Shown: piece by piece, positions 12,600-26,779 of the stretch
Position numbering within the stretch: position 1 is the first letter of the stretch
Layout of the letters: each line of letters opens with the position of its first letter
NCBI RefSeq assembly: GCF_009834535.1
Contig: NC_045697.1
Location: 66,838,001-66,902,000, forward strand
Origin: Camelus ferus
Taxonomy: Eukaryota
DNA: 64,000 bases
Direction: 5' to 3'
Made by a program: the position numbers and the translations under genes
Notes under the pieces: model-generated
Databases searched by the model: none
The model's input: the letters and a program-made list of their open reading frames with translations, nothing else
What the model was told of the DNA's origin: nothing

Positions 12600-13330
12600 A
12601 TATATATTTCAAAGTAAGATTTATTTTCATTTTATATGTTCATGTTAATTTTCTGATTTTGATAATTGTATCACCATTTGGTAAGACAATGTCCTTGTTC
12701 TTAGGAAGTGAACTCTGAAGTGTTTATGGGTAGGAATATTATGTCTATAACTTCAGATGGTCCATAAATTATGCATACATGTAAAGAGATAACCATAAAT
12801 ATGAATACAAATATATATATACACACATATCTTTTATAGAGAGAGAGGTAAGCACACACATACATACTGAGGAAGCAAGAGAGTCATAAAGCAAATATGG
12901 TAACATTTTTAAAATGAGAACTTTCTAAAGGACATGTTGGAGTTCTGCAGACTCAAATTATTTTAGAGTAATTGAAACATGTTCATATTGATGATACAAA
13001 AGAAACTTATAATCTTTTTTAAAGGATATTTTGACAGCATGTGTGAAACTAAAAATATGTATCCTTTGAACTAATAATACTACTTCTAGGGATGTAGATT
13101 AAGAAAATAATCATTGACATGCAATGATACATGCATAAGAATGTTCATCACAGGATTTTAGGTAAAGATGTTATTATAGCAAAATCTTGACAATCCCCTA
13201 AATATATATACATCATCAGAAAACTGACTTTCTAATTAGAATGTGTCTGTATATACACTATGTAGTCTTTAAAATCCATGTTGCAGAAAAATTTGTATTG
13301 TTTACAATATTATCCATGAAAACACTTGTT
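12600..13330 (+). mobile_element. Ancient L1M (L1MC/L1ME-like) fragments
   Basis: aatgtccttgttcttaggaagtg...ctgaagtgtttatggggta and ctttgaactaataatactacttctaggga...agaatgttcatcacag; limits approximate. Confidence 0.55.
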
Positions 13331-13344
13331 ATAAGGCAATTGTA

Positions 13345-13840
13345 ATTTTTTCCAATTCTTACTGTGAAATACACATAACAGAAAGTTTACCATCTTAACC
13401 ACTTTTAAGTGTACAATTTGGTGATATAAAATATGTTCATAATGTTGTGCAACCATCACCACTCTCCATTTCTTTTCATCTTGTAGAACTGGAACTCTTA
13501 CCCATTAACCATTAACTTCCTCTATCTCCCCTCTCCCCAGCCCCTGGCAACTGCCATTCTTCTTTTTGTCTTTATGATTTTTGACTGCTCTAAATATCTC
13601 TTATAAGTGGAGTCATGCAGTGTTTGTCTTTTTGTGATTGACTCATTTCACTTAGCATAATGCCCTTAAGGTTCATTCATGTGGTAGCATATGTCAGAAT
13701 TCCCTTCCTTTTTAAGGCTTAACCATGTATGTGTATACCACATTTTGCTTATACATCTATATGTCCATGGACACTTGGGTTTCTTCCATGTTTTAGCTAT
13801 TATGACTAATGCTGCTAAGGACAGGGGTGTATATAATACC
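13345..13840 (-). mobile_element. L1MB-like 3' end
   Basis: Recognisable L1 3'UTR; minus ORF 13666..13878 keeps the L1 ORF2 C-terminal motif AALVIIAKTWKKPKCP. Confidence 0.85.
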
Positions 13841-15087
13841 TTTTTGTGAACTATTTTGCTGAGGAACACTTTGGTCATCGAAATAACACTGCAAGGGCGT
13901 ACACTAAAATGTTAGTAGTAATTTTTCCAAGTAGTGTGGTGGTGGCAGTTTCGTTAATTTTATTTTGCTTAGTTGATGCTTTTCAGTTTTTCTTCAGGGA
14001 ATATATAACACTTTTGAATGAAAAAATACAGTTACATTGAGTGGGATGAGGTCTCCAGCCAAAATGTTTAGGCACTCATACAATTAAAAGTATACAGCAC
14101 AGTTGGAAAACATCTTGTTTGTAGGTAACCAAAGTCATAAATTATAATACATGATACCTTTAAAAATTAAATAACAGTAATTACTCTCCCAAGGATATAC
14201 GGTGCCCTTAATAAGAGTGGTGCTAATTCTCTTAATATATAAGCACACCTGGTTTTTGGTCATTTTTCTCCAAATGTATTCCACAGACTAACTGCATATA
14301 AATCACCTGGGATGATTGTAGAAAGTAAAATAAAATAGTTTGAATAAAAATCTCTGGGGTTCAAGTCAGTAAATATGCATTTGTATAAAGCTGTCCTGGT
14401 CATTCTTACTTTTATGAAGTTTGAGACTGTAAGTAAATCTGATTTGTCAAGAACCAGAGTTAAAACAACATGAATACTATTTAATAATTTGTTGTTTAAA
14501 AGGATCATACAATTCTTTGAGTAGAACATACCCATTCGTTTATAAATATGATGCCACTTATGAAAACCTTAGGTATGTATTTTTGAAGGGCATCTTTGCT
14601 TAAAATAATGCACATCCATATATTCTATGTTTGGCAATATTTCAGGAATCCTGTTCCTTTGTATCCATCATAGGATGACTTTTTATTTTATGTACACTGA
14701 ATATAAATTAGTTTTTTATCCAAAGTCATGATACAGTGCGCTCCAGAAACCACATGCGAAAAGCCTGTAAACCCATCAGCTGGATCTGACACAAAGACGA
14801 ACTACCTGCTGATGTTTTAGGGGTATTGATCCATCTACATTTATTTATATTCTGTGCTTTTATCTTACGTCAAGCGTGTTCCTTCCAGGGAGGAAGAAGT
14901 ACATGCCCTTGAAACGAGTGCCTCAACGAGCAATGATTCATGGTAGTCAAGCTTACTTAATTTTAAGAGCATATATATGTATTTTTTTCATCAATTAGCA
15001 GATTAAAAGGACCTTTCACATCATGCATATGGAGCTTAGCAAGCACTTTTAGGAAAGAACTGCTTCCTTATTTTTAAGTGAAAATAG

Positions 15088-15222
<135 letters not shown>

Positions 15223-16321
15223 TAAGTTTCTAATATGTAGGTGTAGGATTTTGAATTTATATTATCTTCCTCATACTCTTCTACCTGTTGACATTTTTTT
15301 TACCACAGCTTTCCTTGCCCTAATTAGATCTTAAAGTTCACGGATAATATCAGGTTACTAGTGATAAATATTTGTCCTAAGGAAGCTATTAAACCTATCT
15401 CATTTCTGTTTCAAATATCAAAACCACCCAGAAAAAAATTCATCTCTAGAGAATTTACGGTCATTAGGGAATTCAGCAACTAGTTGCTACTGAGGTTTGA
15501 TTCAAAGCAGAGAAATGACCATGTTGAACTTAGAATGGTTTTAGTAATTCCTTATTTCATGAACTAACAGTTTCTCTTTAACATTGAAATATTTTAAAGA
15601 TAATTTATAGATTAATTATTAAAATAGAATAAGTTCAGTTAGTAAATTAGAGTATAGTCATTACAAATTATTTTCAGTCACCTAAGAACCCATTTTCTAG
15701 TTTGTGAAATGGCAGGGACCTTTACATTCTCATCATTTGCCTTTTGCAGTCCTCATTTAAGTTACTGTTGTGCAAATGGGAGTTGATTCAAATAACATCA
15801 TTTCTAGTGAAAGACATAATTATTGACAAAAGCTTTTAAAGTTTCAATTGATTTCATTTATCTGTATTATCGCTTTATATACATTACCTTAGATGAAAAA
15901 ATTTGTTGTAATGTCTTTTGTAAACCAAAAATTTGCATCTTTAATTAATTACCTTATAGGAATTACCTGATATTAAATAATTACCTTATAGAAAAAGACT
16001 TTAGGAACTGATTCTTGGAACTATGTAGAAACACTTATGGAACGTAGGCTGCTTGGATATATGCAGTTGAAAGAAATAGAGAAGAAAAATTTAGATGGTT
16101 GTGACTGAGTGAAAACATGTAGTTTACTTTAAAAGTAGGTTAGAAAAATAATTATGATTTTGTGTTTTGGAAATCATAACTAAGAGTAATAAATACTGAG
16201 CATTTAATCTTGTATTTATGTGCAGAGATAAAACCTGCTGTGGTTACTGTTTTATCTGCCATGTTTTGCTCCTGTTGTTGGAATCCAGAGTCTCAAACTG
16301 CCTTCCTCTGTGCTTCTGCAG

Positions 16322-16460
16322 GTATAAAAGACAAGAAACCAGACCTCGGTACAGCATTGGGTTAGAACAGGACGAAACGTACATTCCTCCTGGTGAATCC
16401 CTGAGAGACTTAATTGAGCAGTCTCAGAGCTCGGGAAGCGGATCAGGCCTCCCTCTGCTG
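16322..16460 (+). CDS. BMPR1B: BMPR1B coding exon, juxtamembrane region and GS box (YKRQETRPR...[13 protein letters not shown])
   Basis: ctgcag acceptor, CTG|gtacga donor, 139 nt; SGSGSG motif of type I TGF-beta-family receptors. Confidence 0.97.
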
Positions 16461-17180
16461 GTACGAGAGGAAATGTCAATAACTGCCTGGTTTCATTTTA
16501 CTGAAACGGATAGGGCGATGGACAAAGAGAAGGCTCCCTGCAGTCAGTGAGACATCAGATCTCAGATACAGGGTTTCCTGATAACATTTTGACATATTGA
16601 GGGTGAGGTGATTGTTCTTTAATGTGAGTGTAAGGTTACAATCCAGACCGTCGGACATTCTGATAAAGAGCAGGTTAGAAAATATTCAACATGGGACCAT
16701 CTTCCCTCTGTTTTCAGTAAGGATAGCGTTACTGCACTTTGGCCTGGCTTTTGAAGGCAAAAGTAGCATCACAACCAACTGGGATCTGAGCGCTTCTCCA
16801 AGGGAAGAAGGCTGCGTTTCAGCTGGAGGGTTTATGTTTCAGGGTGAAGTCCTGGCTTTTCCATTCAGGAGAGTTTTAATTTTCTGATGGTCAACACTGC
16901 CAACTTTGAAGAAAATATATATCGAATCCAAGGCACTTGCTTTAATGAGAAAAGCATTTGGTTTCTTTATGGACCATGCAAAAAGGTTGTTGGGACTCGG
17001 AATGGAAATAACAATTTTAGTGAGAAATATTTTCCTTTATAAACTCTTAAGATTGTTTTTCCTAATCTTTATTGTCTGGTTCTGACTTTGGATATCTTGT
17101 TTACTTGACTTTTTTGGTGACTTTTTATTTAGTGCTAAAAATAACTTAAAAAAAAATCTCAAGCCAAGAATTGATTACTC

Positions 17181-17495
17181 TTTTTTTGACACACAAAAAG
17201 CTGTATAGATTTAATATATGTAAGTTGAAGAGTTTGAAAATGAGTATACATCTGTGAAGCCATCACCACAGTCTAGGCTATAAATATATTCACCACCTCC
17301 CAAAGTTTCCACCTGCCCCATTCATTCATTATTATTATTTTATGATAACACAACATAAGGTCTAATGTAGCAAATTTTTAAGAATACAGTCCACTGCTGT
17401 TAACTGTGGGCACCGTGCTGTACAGCAGGTCTCTAGGACTTAGTCATTTTGCATAACTGAAACTCTGTGCTCTTTGACTAATATCTCCCCTGGAG
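17181..17495 (-). mobile_element. L1MA/MB-like 3' end
   Basis: gtgctgtacagcaggtctctaggacttagtcattttgcataactgaaactctgtgctctttgactaatatctcccc. Confidence 0.75.
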
Positions 17496-18369
17496 GTAAC
17501 AGACCAGACAGAAACCCACTTGGGAAGCAGTCATTCTGACCAAACCGATGCCACTTAGGATGTAAGTTTTTTTTTAATGTCAAAGTTCTTATCAAATTGG
17601 TTGATTTTTCATTCTTAGAATTTAATGAATATATAGCAAATACCATTCTTAAATTTAAAAATTTGTTTTATTATACTTTTTTTTAAGTACCAATATTAAA
17701 ATCCCCTTTAGTATTAATGCATCAGATATTTATGCTCTTGGAATTGAAAGCTACTTATTTTCTTCCTTCTAGCCCATCTTTCTCATTCCTGTGGCATTCT
17801 CTTTCTAAAACCTTACTGTCTCCCTCCCTGGATAACACGTTCTAGTGTCCTAGTGTTTACGGGTCCTTCCTGGCTTGGTGAGCACAGCAGCCTCTCCTCC
17901 CAACCTCTTCCCCACCTGCTTCTTGAGCCGTAGCATCAGCCTTGAGTAATTGTTTTGAAAATACAACATGGTTTTAAAATCCACGTCTTTGCAAGTGTCG
18001 TATCTTTCTGGAGAGTTCCTCTGACTATCACTCAAGGCCTAACCCATGTTTTATCTCTGTGACAAATTAGCCCAGACTGAGCCAGTCTGTTTCTCTTCTG
18101 TCCTGACAGTCCGCTGTGGTACCAGTACAGTGGTTGAGGATAGCACTGTCATTGGTGTTAGTGTACCTGAGTCTTAGGTGGACTTCCATCTCTTCAGGGG
18201 TGGAGACTGCATTTTTCCACTTCGCATCCTCAGTGGCGTACCTGAGTGATTAAACAGGCTGCTCAGTAATTTGTTTTTAAAAAATTTCAACTCCAACTTT
18301 TAATGTCTGTGAAAATACAGTCTTCTTTCTGTAATTTAGATACAAAAAAAAAATTAGTTGTTAACTCTA

Positions 18370-18560
18370 TAACAGTTAAGAGCAGCCAGACATCGGCCTT
18401 TATAGGATGAGCTCATTTCATCTTCATAGCACCCGTGAGGTAGCAGTAGACACACATCCCTGTATTTGCGTCCGGGGTGTGCACCCAGCTGGTCAACTAG
18501 CTCACAGGCGGATGAGCCAGGACTCAAACCCAGCCGATCTCTAGAGTCTGTGCACTTAAT
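18370..18560 (-). mobile_element. MIR SINE
   Basis: ctcatttcatcttcatagcacccgtgaggtag...gagccaggactcaaacccagccgatctctagagtctgtgcactta. Confidence 0.65.
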
Positions 18561-20183
18561 GTTTGTGAACCAAATGTTAAATAAAACAAAGAACTGCATT
18601 TGATAATGGCAAGATGGGAAGAAGGAGCCTGTAAAACTCAGTTTAGTAAAGGAACAGTCTCAGTATTACAGATTTAAGATCTTGTTTTAAGATTTGGATT
18701 TTAAGATAAACAATGTAGAAATGTACAGTAGCCTTTCTGCGTATTATCATGTGAGTATCTCACCTTAATACTGATTCGTTATTTCATTAATGTAAAGGGA
18801 AAATTCATGCCTGGAATATAAACTTGGATGTACTATTTGCCAAGTGACTTCATATATAAATCCTTTAAGGAAGGAACATCATAGGATGGTTGTAAGAATT
18901 AAGATGGTATGCGTTTTCCTACTGTGTATGTATATAAATATGCTGGCATATTTAATATGTAGTATGTATTCAGTAAATAGTAACACTATTATTATTTATT
19001 TATACCCTATTTATCTGACCTTGTAAAGGAACAAAAGGTGAAGTAAATTGTCTAATTGAACATCACACTTTTTGGTTGAGAAATCTTTTGTAAAGAATCT
19101 TTCCAATGTGTATTATTCACACAGCCTTACTAAGCAGAGTATTTAACAGTATATTTTTGTATTGCTAATTCAGTGACATGTAGAGAGTACAGAGTATTAC
19201 TTACAACTGTATGGTTTCTAGTGTCCATCATGTACGTGGACTTAACCATTAGAGATTATCTGATAATCTGATCACTAGATGAGAGGACATTTCTGATATA
19301 GTGACAGCTCTTTATAATCCTTCTACAGCTAGATGTACCCATCTTACATGAAATAATTCTCTTTTTGGAATCACAATTATAGTGATTATATTTTATTTTT
19401 GCAATCTAACTTTCAAAATAAATATCTAAGACTGTAATAGAGAGTGAAAGTTTAGGTACAGAAAGATGTGAAACATTAACTAAATCAAACAAAAACTCAA
19501 ATAACATAGATAAAACATTTTTCAAGTTATATTTTCCAGTTCATAAATATTGTTATAAATCACAAAATATAAATATATTTTAAATTTCTGAATGTAATTT
19601 AGTGAGACTTTCTGTCTTTGAGATAAGTTGTTCCTATTATGAGCATTGCCAATTCCATTAGTACTTTCATTAATTAGGTATGTTATCATTAGAAAAGAAG
19701 TGGATGTAAAACTTTGTTAGGAAGTGTCCCATAGATTTACGTAAGCAATGTTTTGTAATATCTGTAAATTAATAGTATTTCTTTAACAAATGTAGGAAGT
19801 CTTCTCTCAAGTCAGTCATGTAACTCCTTGTGGATTTGGCTCTCGGCTGCTTGGTGCTCTTGGTGATCTGGCCGCTCACTCAGGATGGAAATGTACTGAA
19901 TGTTTCCTCATAAAGCCCTCTGCCTTTTAAAGGGGGAAAGGCTACTCCACACATATACTTGGTCCCTCATTTCCTTCAGGCTGAGCGGCTTCAATGGCAC
20001 GTCAGCGATGCTTTTATTTTTCAGTCCTTCTTTGAGAGGAAAAGGAAACTTTTATCTTGTCCCAAAAAGCTTTCAGTCTGATATTAGTGCTGTTAATGGC
20101 TCTGGCAATGGATAGCATTACCTCTTGAATTGATAAAATCATCCATTATGCAAAAACAGAACCCATCCCAGTTGGTAGACAGC

Positions 20184-20352
20184 TGCGGTAGGCTGAACCC
20201 CAGCCCCCAGCACGTCCGTATCCTAACCCCTGGAATCTGTTATTTTACGTGGCAAAGGGGGACTAAGGTTGCTAATCACCTGCCTTTAGAATGAGATTAT
20301 TCTGGATTACCTGAGAGCCCCCAGCTCAGTGTAATTACATGGTCCTTAAAAG
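20184..20352 (+). mobile_element. MaLR (MLT1-type) LTR 5' part
   Basis: tgcggtaggctgaa...tcctaacccctggaatctgt...ttacgtggcaaaggg...gagattattctggattacctg...gtccttaaaag. Confidence 0.75.
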
Positions 20353-20419
20353 CGCAAACACACAAAAAAAACAACTTTGGGTTTACTTGATGCAAAGCAT
20401 GTCTCTGAGAAGAGTACAT

Positions 20420-21550
20420 CCCAGTTTTTTGACCAGATCTTATGAGAGTCCTATGTTAGATTCTTTATGTATGTCTACCAAATTGTGTAAATGGTCGCCC
20501 ATACCTAGGCCTTTCAGTCATGGAGTTCTCAAAAAATTTAATGTAAGCACGAGTAGAGTGAAGATCATGTATAAAGAGTCATTGAACCTCTATGCCCTCA
20601 CTCTCATGTTTTCTTTCTCTTTGTCCCTGCTGCGCTGTCCAGCTCTTCAGAGCTCATCTTTCTCCCCAGCTCTCATAGGCTGTTTTACCTCTCCATTTTA
20701 CAGGTTTGCTTGTGATAATTAACTCTCCCACCTCAAAGTATAATTTTCAATAATTTCTTACTGCTTGCTAATATTTCATTCTGTCTTCTATTTCTTCATG
20801 TATTTCATGTAACATTCTTGGCGTTCTGTATCTGAAAATTCCAGTGTCTGTAACCTGAAGGGGTTAAATCTCCTTGGGGTCTTTCTCTTGACTCTCATTT
20901 GTAGTGGCTGTTTCCTTTTGTTTTAAGGAGTTTACTCTGTGGGGTCTTCTTTCTCCTTTCCTTCTCTCCCTCCCCCCTTGGGGATTTCCTTTCTTTCCTT
21001 GTGAGCCCAACAGTGCATTACAGGCTTTTGTTTCTCATCTTTTTCCATGATCAAGTTGTCTGGTGGCAAGAGCTCCTTCGAAGTGCCTAGTTTCTCACCA
21101 TAGTGGTGGAAGTGAAAAGTTCTGCAAATGATTTCCTCAAGAGAGGATTTCTGTTTGTTTCTGCTGGGAGCCATGGTGATGTTGTGCTACCAACCCAGGG
21201 CAAATTTAGTACCATTCAGTGGTCCCAGCTTAATGCTGAAGCCCAGGGTTCGGTTTCTCTAATTGTAAAGAAGTGACAGAGTTCATATTCGGGATCTCAG
21301 TGCTGGTGTTAGTCTTTGCCCAGACAGCAGCCTGGCTTTGGTATGTACTGAGTGCTTCTCTATCCCTCCTCTTTTCCTCCCTCCCTCCGCCCCTCCCTGT
21401 TTGGAAATTTCCTTTATTTCTTTGTGTGCCCAACAATGCATTCCACTCGTGTTTTGTTGTATTTTATTGAAGCACATAGTGGCTTGATTCTCTTCAGAGT
21501 GAGTACCTAGTATCCCACTAGAGAGGTGGAAAGGAAGGATATTCTGCCAA
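20420..21550 (-). mobile_element. Ancient L1M/HAL1-like segment
   Basis: T-rich strand with ttctgtatctgaaaattccagtgtctgtaa, typical of old L1/HAL1; family uncertain. Confidence 0.4.
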
Positions 21551-21846
21551 TTACTGTCAACCATTCAGGTATTTTTCTCTGAAAATAATAACAGGTAGAA
21601 TGAAATATTTAATAATTTGGAAGCAATATTTCGAATAATTAAAATCCACAGTCAATCTCAAATACATTAGAAGAGGACAGCATAAATTAATAAGTAAATA
21701 CAAATAACTTGTCTATATAAAGAAGAACTAACTGGCTAAATATACTTTACATGCAATAACTGTTTCTTCTCTGGAGGGGAAAAAAAAAAAAGATTAAACA
21801 AATCTGTAGTGCTGTGAATACACCAACAGTGTGTTTTGGGATTTAA

Positions 21847-22047
<201 letters not shown>

Positions 22048-22807
22048 TAAAAGTCTATAGCAGTGTTCGGGGTTTCCTAGCTTTCCTCTCTTTTTCTGTT
22101 AACATCTGCATATTAACTCATCTGTCTAGACCAGTGATGAAATACACAGACATTGTCATCTTGGCACGAGCCCAAGAATGTCGTAAGCTTCTAATGGGAG
22201 ACCTCACAGGGGGAATGACTAAGGCACCACTGTGAATGAACGGTGGGCTGGAAATGGAACATGCTCAAATATTTGTTTTCTTCAGGGACAGGAAATGCAA
22301 GCGTAATACCAGAATTTCTTAGGGTTTCTTAGGGATTTGAAGGAGCACGTTTTTTTGTCTAAATGTGAAAAGTTACAGGGGATTTATCTGCGGGGTTGAT
22401 TATATCCAGAGTTTATATTGAGAATTGGTGTCCTTTTTATTTTCTCATGTTAGAGATGACCTAGGTGGATTGTTCAAGGGGAGAGAGTGTAAGCCAGTCT
22501 TGGAGTATGTGCCTATTTTGTAAACAGTGTCTCATGTGTAACTGTAATACCATGAACTATTTACTGTTAACTGAGAAATAATTTAAGTAGGAGCTACTGA
22601 TTAGAAAGGGATCCTTGTGTTTTCAGACACAAACTCTTAGAGTTTCTCTACCCTTGCTATTTTGATTGTCTCTGATTGGTATTAGTAATTCAATACTGTC
22701 ATAGCCACAGTCAGAAAACTGAATGGAATGCCAAAACGAAGACACCCATGGCAAAGAATGATGGTTGAAAATACGAATTACCCTGATGATATTCAGAAAG
22801 CACATAG

Positions 22808-23149
<342 letters not shown>

Positions 23150-23999
23150 TGAACAAATATACTTTTTATGGTTCTTTTCTATCACTTTCTGTACATGATA
23201 CATTTTGTAGCTCAGTGCTTCTAGGATCTTTAACGGAGGAGGAATTTTATTCATTTCAACTTTTCTATGGAGGGAAAAAGAAATATTTTCTTTGCAACAA
23301 ATGAAGTGGGTCAGTCCTGTTGTTTCTAAGCTCATCAGTGACCTGGCTTCAAGACAATGTTCACATTAAGTGTGCAGCTGCCGTGAAGCTGTTTAGAAAA
23401 GAGGTAGCTAATGTCTGGGATTGTGTGGTCAGAATTGTGCATAATGTTTCTAAGTAGGAAAAAGGTTTTAGGAAAAAGCTAGAAATTATGTAGAGATAAA
23501 GGCTATTTTTATATGACATAAGAAAGATAACTTGCATAGGTATTCTCTGAGAAATGTTAGAAACTAACAAGCAATATACAGCTTGTAATCAGCACTATTA
23601 TTACTGTAGCTTGAACAGTGAATGTGATACCTGGACCCATAAACCAGCACAGGATATAAAACAGTGGTTTTCAGACCCCTGGGGGCCCTTTGGAGGTAAG
23701 TTGATAGCTTCTACAGAATGGGGAGGAGGAACGCCCCATGGTTGGAGCTCTGTTTTGCTTACCCTCATTCTATTCATAGCAGCTCCTTTTATCTTGCAGA
23801 TGATTTAATTAGAAGCAATGCTTCTGCTTTGAAAACAAAATGAGTTTGCAAACTGCAGGTGTAGAGGGATCCTCAGATACCTACCTTTTTAAAAACTCAA
23901 TTCAGGCTTAGCTTTGATTAAATTGTTGGACCCTCTTTTGGATTTTTTCCAAAGAAGGCTCCGTAGAATATGGAGAAGGGCCCAAAGGAAAAGCCATGA

Positions 24000-24225
24000 T
24001 AAAGAGTAAAACTCACAAGAAAGGACTATTGGATTGGTGTTTTCACCCAGGAGTGAAGACTGAGGTGTGATACAATGAAAGGTCCCAAATATATGAAGGT
24101 CTTCAGCATTTAGAGGGTGGCGGATGCAAGTTCTCAGCCTTTAAAAACAAAGCTGGAGAAAAATGATTTGGACTATGGATTTAAGTTAGAAATGTGAACC
24201 TCCTGCCAGTATAAAGATTATTAAA
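24000..24225 (+). mobile_element. CR1/L3 LINE fragment
   Basis: tcccaaatatatgaaggtct...aagttagaaatgtgaacctcctgccagtataagatt resembles the L3/CR1 3' region. Confidence 0.45.
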
Positions 24226-24249
24226 TCCTATCTCTCTCTCTTCTGAATT

Positions 24250-25870
24250 CTTTTTTCTGACCCACAACCTACAAGTCTCCTCTACTGTGAAAAACTTTGC
24301 TATGATGCTTCTCAGATTACCAGCCTGTCTCCTTACTTCCCTGTTAAATTTCTCGATAGTTCCAAAAGAGTGATCTGCTTTCACAGCCCAGTAATTCATA
24401 GTATCTTGTAATTGGCTTCCACTCATTCTCTCCTGAAGCTCCTTTACTTCGGGACACATTGATCTTTGTCACCAGAAGCCTTTCTTACTGTCGTCCCACC
24501 CGCCGCGGTGCCCGTGCCTTTCTGCCTCCTGTGTCCGTGATGTGCCTTTATTCCAGGTCCTCCTCCTTTGTCTCTATGGGTTCTGCTCTCTGTCTGTTTC
24601 TTAAATGTTATCCTACGTCTAGGTTTCCTGCTGCTTATGCTTTTCCTCCCTAGCTCCCAGCTTTGATTGATCCTTTCTAAAATGTGTGGTGCCTGGCATT
24701 TCCCTGGTTCCCTAAGTTTCTGATTTGCTCAGTTGAATGAATTCTATCTCCATGATATTCCCACTTGAACTGGGCCAGTTGGGGTCCTCCCTACCATTTT
24801 TCTAGATTCTGGAGTCAAGCATTTTGTAGTTATTTCCTCTTTGTCTTTCCTCCTTCCAATTTTTTTCTACATGCTGCTGCCAGATTTATTTTCTTGGAGC
24901 ATAATTATGAACATCGTAGTAATTTCATAATTTCCTATGGCTTTGGGTTAAAATGTAGTGTCTGTTCTGAACACTTTATACTGTCTCACACTTTCAGGTA
25001 TTTTTAACATGCTTTTATCTCTGTCTGAATACCCAACATCCCCTCCTCTATTTCGATAACTACTCCTTATCTTCACAGTTTCTTCCTTTGGGATACTTAC
25101 TATTACTCCCTGGCACGCCTGAATGTCGCTGAGTTTCCTTACACCTTTCCGTGTGACCCTGGTGTGCTCTCATGACACCTCTCATGCTGTTTTATGGTAA
25201 TCATTGACTGCTTATCTGTCATTCCCAATGGAGACTAAGTTCCATGGAGGTAAAGACCATGTTGTTTTTTTCCAGGTTTACATTCCTAGGGCCTTTCCTT
25301 AGTGCCTGTTATTTAGGGGCTGCTTCAGAATTTTGCGTAAAGGATGAATGAATGAGTTCACGTGGATTATAGGGTGAAGGAAAAAGGTATTTTTTCTTAG
25401 CTTCAGAGATCTAAACACACCCTGGATTAAATCCACTTTTCTAGTTTTATATCCCACAAACTCTCCAACTTGTGAGCTTTCTTTTACGAGACTGAACTAC
25501 TTGTGTTTTCCCCATGTGTGCTCCATGTTTGCCGCTGCCTTGCTTTTGATTGGACAGCGTCTGGCTTGGAATGTCCTTGCTTCTCCATGGACTGTAATCC
25601 AATCTCAGAGTTGCCTTTAAGTCACTTCACTCATCCCCCAGCTAGGAATAATGACAGCATCTACTCTACGCCCGTGGTAAATTCCTGGCCCCAGTCTGCC
25701 TGATATTATAATTATTTTAGTACATGCCTCGTCTTGCCCTGCTAGTCATTGGGCATCTTGAGAGCAGCATCCATGCCAAGTTGATTAACGTGTTTCCCAT
25801 TTGACATAACGTAGTGAGTTACCCATTATAGGTGTTCTGACATTGTTTTCAGTCAGTGAATGTTGGCAAT
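24250..25870. mobile_element. Cluster of L2 fragments
   Basis: Pyrimidine-rich L2 motifs (gctgccagatttattttctt, agactaagttccatggaggtaaagacc, gaatgaatgag tail); limits approximate. Confidence 0.65.
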
Positions 25871-26728
25871 ATCAAAGTAAGAGCTCATCATCTTTATAGA
25901 CCTTAAAACAGACAAGGAAAGTGAGTATCTATTTCTGAAACTTAGTTCTGCTTAATGTAAGGGGAATGAAATGAATGAACTCTCAAATTTCATGCTGACT
26001 CTGATTTAGGAAGTGGAAGGAAGTACTTTAAGGGATAATTCAGAGATTTATTTGGCATATATTGACTAGTTCATCAAGAGAGGAAGGATATGAAAACACT
26101 GTATCATGTGTACAAATGCAATGGCTGTTGGACGCCCAGACCTCTTACGGCTAAAAGCAGCTTTGGGACCGCTCTATCATTCTGGGCCTCCATTTCCTCT
26201 ACGTTAAATGGAGGTTGCATTTGATAATTTAAAGTCCTTTTTACATTTTTATTTTGTATGTTTCAAGGGAACTGTGGTCTCAATTTTTGAAACTCACTTT
26301 TAAACTTTGCTATATATGTTTCTTTGGTTTTCACTCTTTTCCTGACTTTCCTGTTTGGAGGAGGGGTGTGGTACATGTGTGCACACAGGTATTTACAGCA
26401 TTTTATTACAAGTGGGGTTAAAGCTAACCCAGTGTTGAGTTCTCAGACTTCATATGTGAACTTCTTGTGAGAACTTAATCTTTACCTTGGTCTTGATGTG
26501 GTAAGTGTTCCCTCAGGCTTTTAAGTCATTTCTAGGGGGGGCTCTCAGGGAAGTTGAGAGGCACAGAGAGAATGGACTGTGTGTTAGAGATTTCCTGATC
26601 ATTTAACTTTTTTATCCTGTATTGGTTTCTTCATGCACTCTCTTAAAAATGATATAAGTGCTGGTGCATTTCCTGCCCAATAGAGATTTAATACGGTGAT
26701 GCTGTGGCAGACATTACCGTCACCCCAG

Positions 26729-26779
26729 ATCTCTCTTGGGAAGAGAAAACAACACATCTCTCTTGGGAAGAGAAAACAA
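26729..26779. repeat. Perfect 24-bp direct repeat (period 27)
   Basis: atctctcttgggaagagaaaacaa at 26729-26752 and 26756-26779. Confidence 0.95.

Noticed and set aside
13666..13878. ORF resembling a retroelement protein (AALVIIAKTWKKPKCP)
   Set aside because: Decayed L1 ORF2 C-terminal remnant, not a gene.
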